A stretch of 64,000 nucleotides of DNA from a virus, in the IMG/VR virus record IMGVR_UViG_3300041964_000072, positions 1 through 64,000 of that record. One strand, written 5' to 3'. The notes under the pieces are model-generated. The model was not told the DNA's origin. It was given only the letters and a program-made list of their open reading frames with translations, and made no database searches. This document shows positions 36,787 to 45,031 of the stretch, in pieces (the stretch's first letter is position 1; each line of letters opens with the position of its first letter). The position numbers and the translations under genes are program-made.

Positions 36787-37056
36787 TTACCGGAAACGAG
36801 ACAAAAATAACTTACCACGGGCAACGTCTCGTTTGAGATTTGCTTTAAGGGCACCTCTCCGTACATACGTTGCTCCCAATAATCCCGCTCCTGCGATAGC
36901 TCCCCCCACTTTGACAATATTCTTTTTCCGCTGAAGTTCTCCTGGTTTCAAATATCGGACTGTTTTGCTACCTACCCTTACTCTTTGCTTTTTGAGATCT
37001 ACCGATGCAGGACTCTTATAAAAGTCAGCGTGTGCAAGAAATTTCTTTATTAACAT
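36787..37056 (-). CDS. Basic Gly-zipper [AS]xF-family protein
   Basis: HADF|YKS; IVKVGGAIAGAGLLGATYV. Confidence 0.7.
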   Translation of the reverse strand: MLIKKFLAHADFYKSPASVDLKKQRVRVGSKTVRYLKPGELQRKKNIVKVGGAIAGAGLLGATYVRRGALKANLKRDVARGKLFLSRFR

Positions 37057-37064
37057 AGTTCGTT

Positions 37065-37370
37065 TTATTGCGGTATTGCTCCTAAATTAAAGTTGTAGTC
37101 TTGCAAAGCCTGTTCCAAAGCATTATCATACTTAGCCCTTTCTTCATCCGGAGGTGAGGGAGATTCCTTCGGGGAATGCAGCTTGTTGCGATGTTTGATC
37201 GTAACCTCTGCCATAGCATCAATGGTTTGATAATCCAGGGTTTTGGCTAAGTCAAGGGCATTGGGATACAACTCAGTAATTAAAGCAAAATTGTAGGCAA
37301 ATCCATTTAAGCATTCATTTCGCTCACTGCTTTGTGTCGCTCCTCGATCATCTCCCCCAATATCTCGAAA
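37065..37370 (-). CDS. Tail assembly chaperone frameshift extension (gpT-like part of the G-T fusion)
   Basis: The -1 frame from the slippery site is open (FRDIGGDDRG...ELYPNALDL...) and runs into ORF 37065..37271. Confidence 0.75.
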   Translation of the reverse strand, partial: FRDIGGDDRGATQSSERNECLNGFAYNFALITELYPNALDLAKTLDYQTIDAMAEVTIKHRNKLHSPKESPSPPDEERAKYDNALEQALQDYNFNLGAIPQ

Positions 37371-37765
37371 AAATCCAAACCATGTATCACACTTATATAG
37401 CTAGGTGAAAGGCTTCCGGATTCAGGTGTTGTCCATCCTGTTACCTCTGTCGTAGCATCTGTCGTTGTAATAAAGATATGCTTTAAGTCCTCAAAGTCGT
37501 GAATCTTTTCAACATCTAGAGGAATATCATCAACGGTAGGAAGAAGTTTAATTAACTGCTTAATTAGACTCCACGCTTTGCGATTTTTCTTCCTAAAAAA
37601 AGCGCCTATCGCTCCCTTTGATTCAATATATTGAGACAGAAGTTCTTTCTGCAAGTCTGCGACATCATCAAGTTTTATCCAAGCAACAGGCTTGATCATG
37701 CAAATACTTTCGTCGTTATATACAATACGAATTTTGCGCCGATCTTCTGTGAGATTAGCTGTCAT
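37307..37765 (-). CDS. Tail assembly chaperone (gpG-like)
   Basis: Directly downstream of the tail tube; slippery heptamer near the 3' end. Confidence 0.75.
   Translation of the reverse strand: MTANLTEDRRKIRIVYNDESICMIKPVAWIKLDDVADLQKELLSQYIESKGAIGAFFRKKNRKAWSLIKQLIKLLPTVDDIPLDVEKIHDFEDLKHIFITTTDATTEVTGWTTPESGSLSPSYISVIHGLDFFEILGEMIEERHKAVSEMNA
37367..37373 (-). other. -1 programmed ribosomal frameshift site T TTT TTC
   Basis: X XXY YYZ heptamer in the correct frame (GAT TTT TTC). Confidence 0.75.
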
Positions 37766-37837
37766 TTATCTGCAATAGTGAGTGACTGATGTATAGCTCA
37801 GATCTATAAATACTGAGATTATAAGTCAAAAAAGTAA

Positions 37838-38632
37838 TTAGCACACTACGCTAAAATCCGTTTCTAGAAGATCAAAAGCAGTGCATCGACCAGGAGGAGT
37901 AAGCATTGTAAACATCATTTCAAGACCCTCAGCGTTGGCATCCAAAGCATTGTTTGAAGGGTCAATCAATGCGCTTGGAACATGTAAAAGTGTGATTTTG
38001 TTGAGGGAGTTTACGAGGGCACAATCAATAACAACTTCGCCTACAAGAATCTCAGAAATTGTACTGCCTGTAATTGTTGCCGGAATAACAACAGTAACAA
38101 TTTTTCCTACTAGATTGTTACTAAATGCGATCGCTCCATCGGCACCGATCGCAAAGTTATTTAAGGTAGTTCTCCAGGTTGCATGACCTTCAAAAGTGTT
38201 TTGGGTTAGGGGAGTAATGTTACCTGTTTCACTGGTAGATGCATACGCAGTAGCATTAGCAGTGATGCCCTTACCAAGTACATTAGTTCCGGTAGCAGCG
38301 GGAATAATACCACTATCAGGTACTCGTACAATTTTTGGAATTGCCATTTGGAGGGTATCTTTCTCCATCAAATAGCCACCTTGGAAAGCAAAAAGTTCTG
38401 GCTGAACTGACGCAAAAGAAACGGACATTGTAGGCATACGACTGGTCGTATACTTACCCACCAAGACTTGCTCTCCAAGCTCAGAGCGAGACATAATATT
38501 GCGCTGTTCTTGAGGATTGTTCAAAACCATTCCGCTTGGTTTCGGGAAGTTAAATACTAGGTTATCCGCAATCCGACGAATGGAAAGATTCGAGATACCC
38601 TTGAATGATCTGTTCTGAATTAATAAGGACAT
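37838..38632 (-). CDS. Major tail (tube) protein
   Basis: 264 aa, beta-rich; SFKGISNL start; sits between terminator-like and chaperone genes. Confidence 0.75.
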   Translation of the reverse strand: MSLLIQNRSFKGISNLSIRRIADNLVFNFPKPSGMVLNNPQEQRNIMSRSELGEQVLVGKYTTSRMPTMSVSFASVQPELFAFQGGYLMEKDTLQMAIPKIVRVPDSGIIPAATGTNVLGKGITANATAYASTSETGNITPLTQNTFEGHATWRTTLNNFAIGADGAIAFSNNLVGKIVTVVIPATITGSTISEILVGEVVIDCALVNSLNKITLLHVPSALIDPSNNALDANAEGLEMMFTMLTPPGRCTAFDLLETDFSVVC

Positions 38633-38778
38633 TAATGTATTCCTTGTATTAGGAAATTAGTCGATAGGCATGTCCTCCAAAAGACAAAAAAAATAGGAGC
38701 CGAAGTAATACTTCTAGCTCCAAACTGCCACTATAATGTCGAAATATTCAATTGTTAATACTACGTTTATTATATCTT

Positions 38779-39246
38779 TTACTCTTCTATGCTTGTCATC
38801 CAGCGTAAAAAAGGAGTGGTTTCTTGGGTAAAAGAATTATATAAAAGACGGTATTCGGTGTTCTGTGGTAACATCCTCAATTTGTAATCATAGGGCATAC
38901 ATTCTTCATCGAATTGCCAATTGATCAAAGCGTTCATCATGTGATAGTCAATAAAATTTAGTAAACCGGGGACAGCTTTTAGGTGGGGATAAGAAAGGCT
39001 ATATGTAAGTGCAATCATTGAAGTCCGTAGACTAAGATCTCGCTTGTACTGACTACTTAATCTATATAGTTTCAAAACAGGATATTCTGTTAATGGGACA
39101 TTCATGTAATCGGCAGTCATTGTAGTTCGGACTGCTAATATTCCCTTAGTCTTTAAATCTTCCGGAACAGCTTTGTTTAAATAGGTTTTTAAATATAGAG
39201 CAATCTTTTCTAAGGTTTCGTCAACAAGAATATTTGGTACTAGCAT
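38779..39246 (-). CDS. Tail terminator-like protein
   Basis: EYPVLKLYR motif; position. Confidence 0.55.
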   Translation of the reverse strand: MLVPNILVDETLEKIALYLKTYLNKAVPEDLKTKGILAVRTTMTADYMNVPLTEYPVLKLYRLSSQYKRDLSLRTSMIALTYSLSYPHLKAVPGLLNFIDYHMMNALINWQFDEECMPYDYKLRMLPQNTEYRLLYNSFTQETTPFLRWMTSIEE

Positions 39247-39293
39247 AAATAGATTTGTTACTAGGTGTCCAAGTTTCGAGAAACAAATGAAAA

Positions 39294-39779
39294 CTAAACG
39301 GCTACGGCTATGCCATAACTCTCTGGAATTTCACTACTGGAAATATAGTCGAGGCAGAGCATTTCCATTTGATTTACCAGTATTTCATGTAGGTAAAGAA
39401 AGGGACGCAATTCGTCTTGTTCGGGAGCGTATTCTAATGATGTTCCAAAATCTAATCCTGTATCGGTATAAACTAAATAACTGTTGGCTGCATTTTCATA
39501 GATTAAGCTATCTCGTAGCGCTCCTGTGTCAATAAGCTGTTGCCCATTACGACGATTTGGAAATTTAGCAAGGTACGATTCACTAAGTTCTTTCCAGTAG
39601 TACTCCCCTGGATGAGGGTATCCCCCAGTTGAGGTAGTCGGAGATGTTAAAAATCGCTGCTCAATATCTTTTTGAAGTAATTTTACAATTGCTTTTTTTA
39701 GGGTCAGTAAGTCGATACTCTGTAATTTGGCAAGATATTCACGCTGATCGTCCAAGCCTTCAATAGTCAGTTTTAGCAT
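39294..39779 (-). CDS. Virion morphogenesis/neck protein (Mu gpG / HK97 gp10-like)
   Basis: LIDTGALRDSL...GTSLEYA...RPFL signature. Confidence 0.8.
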   Translation of the reverse strand: MLKLTIEGLDDQREYLAKLQSIDLLTLKKAIVKLLQKDIEQRFLTSPTTSTGGYPHPGEYYWKELSESYLAKFPNRRNGQQLIDTGALRDSLIYENAANSYLVYTDTGLDFGTSLEYAPEQDELRPFLYLHEILVNQMEMLCLDYISSSEIPESYGIAVAV

Positions 39780-40146
39780 TACGGATTACTTGAAGTTCTG
39801 TTTCTGAGAAAGTGATGGCATCTAATAAGTCAGGTAATAAGTCAAATACAATCTTATCTTTTCGCTTGCGATTGCTTTTTCCTTCCTCCAGAAAAAGGTT
39901 GTGATAGGAAGTGAGTAAGTCCCGTCGCTTAATTTTTTCTAGGAGGGATACCGGAATAATGTGAGATAAATCCGTAGTATCGTTGAGGGACAGTGTTTTT
40001 TTAGTAACTGGACATTGATAGCGCTGTAGTCGTAACAAGAGAGCTTTAAGTTCAAAACAGGCTGTCGATTTCTTGAAACTGGCGAATTGCTGGCGATATG
40101 TTTGCTTGAATTCTGAATATTCTTCGTTGTCCATGACAAGCATCAC
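39760..40146 (-). CDS. HNH-like endonuclease (zinc ligands largely absent)
   Basis: CPVT...DLSHIIPVS...HNL...SNRKRKDK. Confidence 0.6.
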   Translation of the reverse strand: MMLVMDNEEYSEFKQTYRQQFASFKKSTACFELKALLLRLQRYQCPVTKKTLSLNDTTDLSHIIPVSLLEKIKRRDLLTSYHNLFLEEGKSNRKRKDKIVFDLLPDLLDAITFSETELQVIRNAKTDY

Positions 40147-40172
40147 TAAATGATGTTGTATTGGTCAAACAT

Positions 40173-40589
40173 TTAGAAATTATCAGTAGAACTTGCAATC
40201 GTAGTATATCCGGCAGCTCCTACTCCTCCGGCAACAGCGGCTCTACGCCCATACTTTATACCTCTTTGCTTCCAAGTTATTTTAGGGTTTGCAGCAGCTT
40301 GCATCTGTCGAGCAGTCCGAATTTTCCGGATGTTCTTAAGTCGCTTCATAGCTCCTTTGCTTGCTGTTACCGTCCTTAATCCCGTTTTAAGTTTTACTCC
40401 TCCTTGGGAGGCGAGTGTACCGACAGGAGTATTTAGTGTTCTGGCAAGATTTCTGCTACCTGTCATCCTTCCAATTTTGGTAACAGCCTTTCCCAAGAAT
40501 TGACGACCAAAGGCATATTCTGCGTACAAATCATCGGACTGAGCAATTGTGAATTCTGATAGTAAAGCGGGGGATGATAGGGGCTTCAT
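40173..40589 (-). CDS. Basic Gly-zipper [AS]xF-family protein
   Basis: LLSEF and YAEYAF near the N-terminus; RRAAVAGGVGAAGY. Confidence 0.7.
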   Translation of the reverse strand: MKPLSSPALLSEFTIAQSDDLYAEYAFGRQFLGKAVTKIGRMTGSRNLARTLNTPVGTLASQGGVKLKTGLRTVTASKGAMKRLKNIRKIRTARQMQAAANPKITWKQRGIKYGRRAAVAGGVGAAGYTTIASSTDNF

Positions 40590-41173
40590 TACAATGGCAT
40601 CTCCTGCCCAAGCTGTCTATTATGTGAATTGAATGGATCGTCAAAATCAATTATTTTAGGATCTAATCTCCGAGTTCCAATTACGGTGTTCGCATTAATC
40701 CCGATGTTTGGTCTTTGCCCTTGAATCTGAGTTTCCCCAGGTAGCAGGATGGCTTGAATATGCATTCGTTCCTTTGGTTCTAAGGGAAGTCCAGGGATTG
40801 CAACCGGAAGGGGATAGGTGAGGCAGCGAATGAATTGATAAGCGTCCATTCGCAGAGCAGCGACTATTGGGCTATTCGCATCCATCCCAGCGTGAGGAAA
40901 ATGCGCTACTAATAAGTCAGCTATTGTCAAATTGTCAACTATTTTTCTTAAGATAGGATGCTCAAAAGCAAGTGGTACAACATAAACCAGGCGTAAATAA
41001 ATATCGAGTAAATCTTCTGCTTCCTCCAAAATCTCGGTAAAAAATAAATCATTCACATCCTGGGAAATAAGCATTGGATTGTTTCCGCCAAAACCTCCCC
41101 CCATAAATGCGAGTCGAGATTGTAGCTTGCTTTGAATAGATTCAAGAGTTGTATAGCGAGGAATATAAGACAC
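40589..41173 (-). CDS. Head-tail adaptor (Mu gp36/DUF1320-like)
   Basis: YTTLESIQ...EEAEDLLDIYLRLVYVVPL...ILRKIVDNL pattern. Confidence 0.7.
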   Translation of the reverse strand: MSYIPRYTTLESIQSKLQSRLAFMGGGFGGNNPMLISQDVNDLFFTEILEEAEDLLDIYLRLVYVVPLAFEHPILRKIVDNLTIADLLVAHFPHAGMDANSPIVAALRMDAYQFIRCLTYPLPVAIPGLPLEPKERMHIQAILLPGETQIQGQRPNIGINANTVIGTRRLDPKIIDFDDPFNSHNRQLGQEMPL

Positions 41174-41505
41174 TACCGAAGCAATGATTTGATACGGGAA
41201 GCCGTTTCTAAGCCATCCCTACGCTTGCGATTGGAGCCTTTATATCTTGCTCCTGTAATGTCTCTACCCAAGTTAATTAATCCTCGTAATTCTCGTACAG
41301 CCGAAGCAGTAGGCGAGACATAGTTGCGAAAGGCTTTGCTTCTTAACTCAGTTTCTCGTATACGAACAGATGTCCTAGGTTGTTGTCTATCTTGCTCTTG
41401 CTTTCTGTTTTTTAAGGCTAGACTAATTTTTTTGCGAGTGACAGGAGATTGGGAGCGTCCTCGACGCTTCTTTTTTGTAAATTCAGATAAAAGATTCATG
41501 TTCAT
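41173..41505 (-). CDS. Basic [AS]xF-family protein with NUMOD3-like motif
   Basis: LLSEF|TKKKRRG; SPVTRKKISLALK. Confidence 0.7.
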   Translation of the reverse strand: MNMNLLSEFTKKKRRGRSQSPVTRKKISLALKNRKQEQDRQQPRTSVRIRETELRSKAFRNYVSPTASAVRELRGLINLGRDITGARYKGSNRKRRDGLETASRIKSLLR

Positions 41506-42197
41506 TAGCGCTTCCTCTTGCGTCCATCACGGACACCCCGACGAACTCCATAGGTAGCGGCTCCAAGTATTGTTCCCTTTATCGCTCCATCAATTCCCCC
41601 AATCGCTGCGGCTGCTGGTATGACGGCTGGAATGGGGGATGCTGCTAGAGCGGATAGTGTTCCCCCTCCTACTGCTCCATACGTTGCCCCTTTCGCAATG
41701 TGACCCCCAAGGGAAAGTTTGCGCTTCCAGCTCAATCGTCCAGGCGACTGCTTTCCACGTTTACGACCTGTATCACTGCGCTTTTTCCTGAACTCAGAAA
41801 TAAGACTAGGATTTGCAGAGTAGTTTCCCCCAAGCACACCTCTTACCCTTCGTGTAACAGGTAGGTCACGCCTCCGGTTTATGGCGAGATCGGCACCAAC
41901 AGTCATAGATGCGACGGTAGCAGCAGGAAGAACAACAGCAGCGGCACGATGACTCCCTTCTCTGGTCAGTGCTTTTACAGCAGCTCTATCCCCTGCATTT
42001 TTAAAATAGTTCGGTAAGTAGCCTCTCCGGACTAATGCCCGTGAACCTAAAGCCCCTGCTGCAATCAGTCCACCACCAACCGCAATTTGAGTACCACGCT
42101 TGGCAATGCCTCCAGCAGTATTAATCGCTGTTTGATACTTGCCTCTCTTTTTTCCTTTATCTCTTCGGGTACGCCGAAATTCTGATATTGAGTTCAT
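41505..42197 (-). CDS. Two-unit basic Gly-zipper [AS]xF-family polyprotein
   Basis: ISEF|RRTRRDKGKKRGK and internal ISEF|RKKRSDTGRKRGK, each followed by Gly/Ala hydrophobic segments. Confidence 0.75.
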   Translation of the reverse strand: MNSISEFRRTRRDKGKKRGKYQTAINTAGGIAKRGTQIAVGGGLIAAGALGSRALVRRGYLPNYFKNAGDRAAVKALTREGSHRAAAVVLPAATVASMTVGADLAINRRRDLPVTRRVRGVLGGNYSANPSLISEFRKKRSDTGRKRGKQSPGRLSWKRKLSLGGHIAKGATYGAVGGGTLSALAASPIPAVIPAAAAIGGIDGAIKGTILGAATYGVRRGVRDGRKRKR

Positions 42198-42454
42198 TCA
42201 TTTAGCAGTAATACTCCGGTTTTTAAATCTTCCAGTTCAGTAAAATTCTTAGTCGATTGGGAATATCGGATTAGAGAATTTTCTCTAAATTCGTCAGGAT
42301 AATAATTACAGTAGTTTTGCAAATAATCGCTCAATTGATCAAAAGGGATTTCTATAAAGGCTTTGTTTTTAATGACAAATAGTTTGTCCCTAATTACATG
42401 ATAAATGTTTTTAATAATTCCGTTTTCAACGATTGCGACTTTGACGCTCATCAA
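42194..42454 (-). CDS. Hypothetical protein
   Basis: 86-aa ORF overlapping both neighbours. Confidence 0.55.
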   Translation of the reverse strand: MMSVKVAIVENGIIKNIYHVIRDKLFVIKNKAFIEIPFDQLSDYLQNYCNYYPDEFRENSLIRYSQSTKNFTELEDLKTGVLLLNE

Positions 42455-43679
42455 TCCAGTCCACCATACTTTTAGCCTGATCGTAATTGTATTTATAGAT
42501 TACTTTTTTCCGCTCCAAGTTGAGCAGTGCTTGTTGTCGCTCATACGGACTGGTCTTGCTGCCTAAAGCTTGTTCAAAATAATAGTCCAGTTTTTGACTT
42601 ACCCGTTCTGGAGGTTCTTTGTCAACGATGGTTTTTAGGGTATTTTTGAAAACATTGAGGTTTCTTCGCTGCCTTGGGGTAAAGGCTTCCAGTTCATTAT
42701 CTATTGCCCCTTTTATGCCGCTGAAGTCGTTAGCAAAGTTCAGTGATTCGCCTTGATCAATCAAGGTAAAGCGTCCCTTGTTGTACCAGATGTTATCGCC
42801 ATGCATATCAAAATTTGATGTCGTTAATCCATAAGCCAATATCTTGGATAAATCTGAATTATCTAATGCAGTCCGTATTTTTTCTCCTGCTGCAAAATAC
42901 TTTCCTGTTCGTCTATCTTCTTTAGGGTTAAACTTGAAACTCACATTAAACTTCTTGTTTAATTGCCCTTTTTGGACTGCACTAAATAGGCTTTGACCCG
43001 GAAGGAATTTATGTAGAGAATAAACATTACTACTATTCGTTAAAGGATGCTTGATTCCTTTTGGAATCAGTATAGTTTCTTGAGTGCGTACTCCAACTTC
43101 TTTAGCCATGTCTGAAAGCAGCGCTTCCGTAATGGGCATATTTATATTTCGTTCATAGCCTAGTCCTAATTTTTGGGCTAGAGGTTCTTTTACTCTAAAA
43201 AGAGAAGAGGCTTTCATAACGTATCTATTCCCTAATCGATCCTTGACAACTCTAGTAAGATTTGCGGATGCAGTTAAGGAAGCATTGGATATTTCCAAGT
43301 TGTCCAAAAAGTCACTTCCTCGAATTTTGCTGTTAGGCAAATCTAGTTTTCCTTGAACCTGTTTCCAGAATCCCTGGACATTGAACGTCTTTCCTTCCCG
43401 CCTACGCTGAAAAGGTTTTATGAATATACGTTTTGTGGTTTCAACTCTCTGGGACTGTTGGATAGCCCCTTCCAATGCTAAAAGTCGTTGTTTGGAAGTA
43501 GCCTTATCAAGACTATCCCCAATAGTTTGTCTCGCCCTATTATTCAGCCTTCCTGCAACAAGACCTATAGCTTTTCGATTTCCTCTAAGAGCCTTTCGGA
43601 ATTTTTTTCTTTTTTGCTGCTGCTTGTATTTGTCTATACGTCTCTGGAAAAAATTCTTGTCCTTTCTACCCAGTATCAT
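42426..43679 (-). CDS. HipA/PI3K-PI4K-like atypical kinase with a basic N-terminal extension
   Basis: RYVMKAS (beta3 Lys), ITEALL (alphaC Glu), NFDMHGDN (catalytic loop), LIDQG (Mg-binding). Confidence 0.75.
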   Translation of the reverse strand: MILGRKDKNFFQRRIDKYKQQQKRKKFRKALRGNRKAIGLVAGRLNNRARQTIGDSLDKATSKQRLLALEGAIQQSQRVETTKRIFIKPFQRRREGKTFNVQGFWKQVQGKLDLPNSKIRGSDFLDNLEISNASLTASANLTRVVKDRLGNRYVMKASSLFRVKEPLAQKLGLGYERNINMPITEALLSDMAKEVGVRTQETILIPKGIKHPLTNSSNVYSLHKFLPGQSLFSAVQKGQLNKKFNVSFKFNPKEDRRTGKYFAAGEKIRTALDNSDLSKILAYGLTTSNFDMHGDNIWYNKGRFTLIDQGESLNFANDFSGIKGAIDNELEAFTPRQRRNLNVFKNTLKTIVDKEPPERVSQKLDYYFEQALGSKTSPYERQQALLNLERKKVIYKYNYDQAKSMVDWIDERQSRNR

Positions 43680-43681
43680 CG

Positions 43682-44107
43682 CTACCCTCCTTTGTATAGA
43701 GGGTATTTAATAGGTAAAGGATTTCCCGTCGAAAGCCGTGCCCAGCGCTGCCGAACTGCGTTTATATCTTTTCTCGCGTATCTTCCTGTAGCCGTTAAGG
43801 TATTATCAACATAGCGCTTTGCAACACTGATTCGGCTTGGTTTGACTGTACTTACGCTTGCATTAATATTTTTTAATTGTTTTCCAGTGCGACGAATACC
43901 GCTACGCAGCCCCTTGCCACCATACTTCAAGGCAGCGAGAGACGCTGCTCCTAAAACAATGGCTTCTGCTGGATTTATTTTTGCCCAATTTTTGACTCTA
44001 GAAGTTCTGCTCTTTTTCCGATCCCAGAACATTAACTTCCTCTTTACATAGTTGCGTTTAAATTCAGCAAAATCAGGGCTGCTTAATAAAGTAATCGAAT
44101 TATCCAT
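43682..44107 (-). CDS. Basic [AS]xF-family protein
   Basis: DFAEF|KRNYVKRK; AIVLGAASLAALKYGG. Confidence 0.7.
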   Translation of the reverse strand: MDNSITLLSSPDFAEFKRNYVKRKLMFWDRKKSRTSRVKNWAKINPAEAIVLGAASLAALKYGGKGLRSGIRRTGKQLKNINASVSTVKPSRISVAKRYVDNTLTATGRYARKDINAVRQRWARLSTGNPLPIKYPLYKGG

Positions 44108-44378
44108 AAATTTCCTTAAGCGCTTTTCGTTTTATAGGGTTGCGTTCTCTGGAGCGCTGCTGGTATTGCACCTTTGTCGCGTAAAGCCCTCCAAGTCCTC
44201 CTGCCAAAGCTCCCCACTTAGCTGCTCGAATCGGACTACGCTTCCGGGAAAGTGCCCCTAACATTAAAACACTAGCCCCTCCACTACTACCTACAGCAGT
44301 ATTTAACAAGGTTTCTTTGGTACGCCTTGCCTTTTGTGCTTTTCGCTGTGCAAGGCTAAAAGTGGAGAGTAAATTCAC
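44100..44378 (-). CDS. Basic Gly-zipper [AS]xF-family protein
   Basis: LLSTF|SLAQRK; WGALAGGLGGLY. Confidence 0.7.
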   Translation of the reverse strand: MNLLSTFSLAQRKAQKARRTKETLLNTAVGSSGGASVLMLGALSRKRSPIRAAKWGALAGGLGGLYATKVQYQQRSRERNPIKRKALKEIYG

Positions 44379-44446
44379 AATAATAAATTTGAATAATATA
44401 GGTCAGTAAATCTAAGCTTTTACTGATTAGCGATTCAAATAAGAGA

Positions 44447-44908
44447 TTAAACCGTGACGCTACCGTTACCTACCCAGCTTTCGGAACCCTTGATTCGCTC
44501 TTTCACATCATCAATGGATTCAAAGGGCTTCTCTTTCCGCAAAGAGATAATTTTGGGGATATGCTTTTCATCAATCCCCTCGATGGTTTTCAATGTCGCC
44601 TCATCTGCTGTGTTGAGGTTGATTGCCTTTTCCTGGAGCGCTGAAGGAATGAGGTGCTGAGTTTGTTCCTGTGGCGCTACGGGGGTCAACGGCATAGTGG
44701 TGGGATCTTTTGGCAGAGCATCCACTTGATCCGGTGAGCGGACATAAAAGCGGTTTTCCCGAATTTCTTCAGGAAGGGCTTCTTTGGCATAGTCCCCAGG
44801 CAAGTATTGATTTCCGGTTTTTGGCTGCACGTAATGTTTGATTAAAACAACCGTTTCCGGAGTGGGTTCTGTTTTCTTTTCTGTGGTTGGCTGTGCTTGT
44901 TCAGGCAT
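44447..44908 (-). CDS. Protein with a C-terminal ComEA-like helix-hairpin-helix domain
   Basis: INLNTADEATLKTIEGIDEK...IISLRKEKPFESIDDV. Confidence 0.8.
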   Translation of the reverse strand: MPEQAQPTTEKKTEPTPETVVLIKHYVQPKTGNQYLPGDYAKEALPEEIRENRFYVRSPDQVDALPKDPTTMPLTPVAPQEQTQHLIPSALQEKAINLNTADEATLKTIEGIDEKHIPKIISLRKEKPFESIDDVKERIKGSESWVGNGSVTV

Positions 44909-44973
44909 AATGGATTTGATTATTAAAAGGTTTCTACTCTTATTTTAATTGATCAAAAATTATGGAAATCCCT

Positions 44974-45014
44974 ACTATTTAGGGGTCACAGGAATACTGC
45001 AACCCCTAAATAGT
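44974..45014 (-). terminator. 13-bp perfect inverted repeat after the major capsid gene
   Basis: ACTATTTAGGGGT...ACCCCTAAATAGT. Confidence 0.6.
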
Positions 45015-45031
45015 TTAGTTCTAAAAAAGAT

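Noticed and set aside
28847-39779. Contractile injection system / tailocin / gene transfer agent interpretation
   Set aside because: There is no sheath or baseplate wedge gene, a full head and packaging set is present, and the size plus regulatory and accessory genes fit a genuine phage.
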